Assembly: GCF_021028975.2 (NCBI RefSeq)
Contig: NC_059428.1
Span: 123,008,001-123,072,000, forward strand
From: Sphaerodactylus townsendi
Lineage: Eukaryota
Length of the DNA: 64,000 bases
Direction of reading: 5' to 3'
Below are positions 62,726 through 64,000 of the stretch, piece after piece. The stretch's first letter is position 1. Each line of letters opens with the position of its first letter. The translations under genes were made by a program, and so were the position numbers. The notes under the pieces were generated by a model. It was not told the DNA's origin, searched no databases, and worked only from the letters and a program-made list of their open reading frames with translations.

Positions 62726-63117
62726 CCTCTCCCAGAGGGCTCAGGGCGGTGCACAACATAGAATAAAAGATAGAGCAATTTAAACCTAACCAATACACAG
62801 TCATAAATAAAGATAGCCTCTATTCACATTAAAACTGTAAAAAAAATTAAAAACAGCGATCTAATTACAATATATACAGCAGATATAGAACAGAAAGTGT
62901 CCAACGGCTAAGACCCTCCTAAGAGGGGAATGACAGGGTCCACCGTTGTTGTGAGATCACCCAGTTTAAAAGAAAAGAAGAGGGGTGTGTGTGTGCTCAG
63001 TGGCCAGCCTCTCCAAAAGCCCGGTGGAACAGCTCAGTCTTGCCGGCACTGCGGAACTCACCAAGGTCCCGCAGGGCCCGGATAGCTGGAGGGAGAGTGT
63101 TCTACCAGGCAGGGGCT
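62726..63117 (-). mobile_element. L2-clade LINE 3' end (same family as 30409)
   Basis: gcggaactcaccaaggtcccgcagggcccgga is shared with 30770-30800. Confidence 0.8.
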
Positions 63118-63296
63118 GAAGCTATTTGCCCAGGATTTGTGTGGAGTTCCTCCTCAAAATGCCTTTTTTTTTTGCATCTTGAGGATGTCTTATTTATGCT
63201 GTGCAGAATGGATCAATGCTGAACTAGCTGCGCTTGTCTTGATCAAGTCATGCTAATTCATTCTTGGTTAACTCTTTTTGCTTTCATCCTCTCTCA

Positions 63297-63712
63297 GGAA
63301 AGCCAGCATGAGGTAGTGGTGAGAGCAGGTGTATTCTAATGTGGAGAACCAGGTTTAATTCCCCACCCCTACACATGAGCAGCACACTCTAATCTGGTGA
63401 ACCAAATCTTGCTTGTTTCTCCACTCATACACATGAATGGCTGACTCTAATCTGGTGAACCAGGTTTCTTTCGCCACTCCTATACATGAGCGGCAGACTC
63501 TAACCTGGTGCACTTGATTTGTTTCCCTGCTCCTCCATATGAAACTTGTGGAATGACTTTGGGCTAGTCATAGTTCTCTCAGAACTCTCTCAGCCCCACC
63601 TACCTCACAAGGTGTCTATTCTGCGGTGAGGAAGGGAAGGAGTTTGCAAGCTGCTATGAGACTCCTTACTGTTGAGAAAAGCGGGGTAAAAATCCTTTTC
63701 CCTCTTCTTCTT
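63297..63712 (+). mobile_element. Squam3-like SINE with four tandem copies of the B-box-containing unit
   Basis: The tctaa.ctgg.gaac...acatga unit repeats 4 times (~63335-63545) before the normal body and tail. Confidence 0.8.
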
Positions 63713-64000
63713 TATTTAGGCTGGGTTTTGGGGGGCTTGTTTTAAATGCGGTGTTAAGGTGTGTCTTCCTTTATTTTTCCCAGTGAAAGTGCCCTTTAAA
63801 AAATCCCAAATCTAGCTTTAAATAAAATGGAGGAAAGCCACCTCCCTAGTTTCAGAGTCTGCCTCTTCCAAAAAACCCCCCACAGTTTTTGGAGATAATT
63901 GTTTTCATTGCAGAAGAGTGAGATAGGAGGATATTTCATTTTGGACTACTGCTTGATTCAGTTTTCTGCTCCTAGAAGCGTCTGGTAGCTGGTTCTTGAA

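Noticed and set aside
63335-63545. Repeat-spacer-like periodicity (CRISPR-like)
   Set aside because: Whole units are homologous with no unique spacers; eukaryotic SINE context.

Overview
Vertebrate genomic DNA, from a squamate and most likely a gecko, judged from its SINE set: Squam3-like, Sauria and 5S-Sauria. The window opens in a CpG-rich promoter and first exon (about 1-472, donor CCG|GTGAGG at 473). The remaining ~63 kb looks like one very long first intron, and I can support no host protein-coding exon in it. From memory the exon resembles the non-coding exon 1 of ZFHX3; this is tentative and needs BLAST. Nearly all ORFs in the supplied track are spurious or are transposon remnants. The intron is a dense transposon record: tRNA- and 5S-headed SINEs including chimeric ones; hAT and PIF/Harbinger-type MITEs with exact target-site duplications (TSDs); 3' ends of L2, CR1, RTE-X, Rex1, R4 and L1 LINEs; LTR-like elements; and a decayed DIRS1 tyrosine-recombinase retroelement. 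It also holds a 7SK snRNA retropseudogene split by a hAT MITE, and Penelope-like termini carrying minimal hammerhead ribozyme motifs. The most striking item is a near-perfect 92-bp-arm hairpin at 35945-36135 made of two back-to-back hammerheads. The antisense copy is intact, while the sense (pre-mRNA) copy carries the only two differences, both at ribozyme-relevant positions. Candidate enhancer blocks lie at ~28.4-29.6 kb and ~47.1-48.0 kb. There are two assembly gaps. I see no clearly new biological system; the findings are variations on known element classes. All family names come from recognition, not from a database search.
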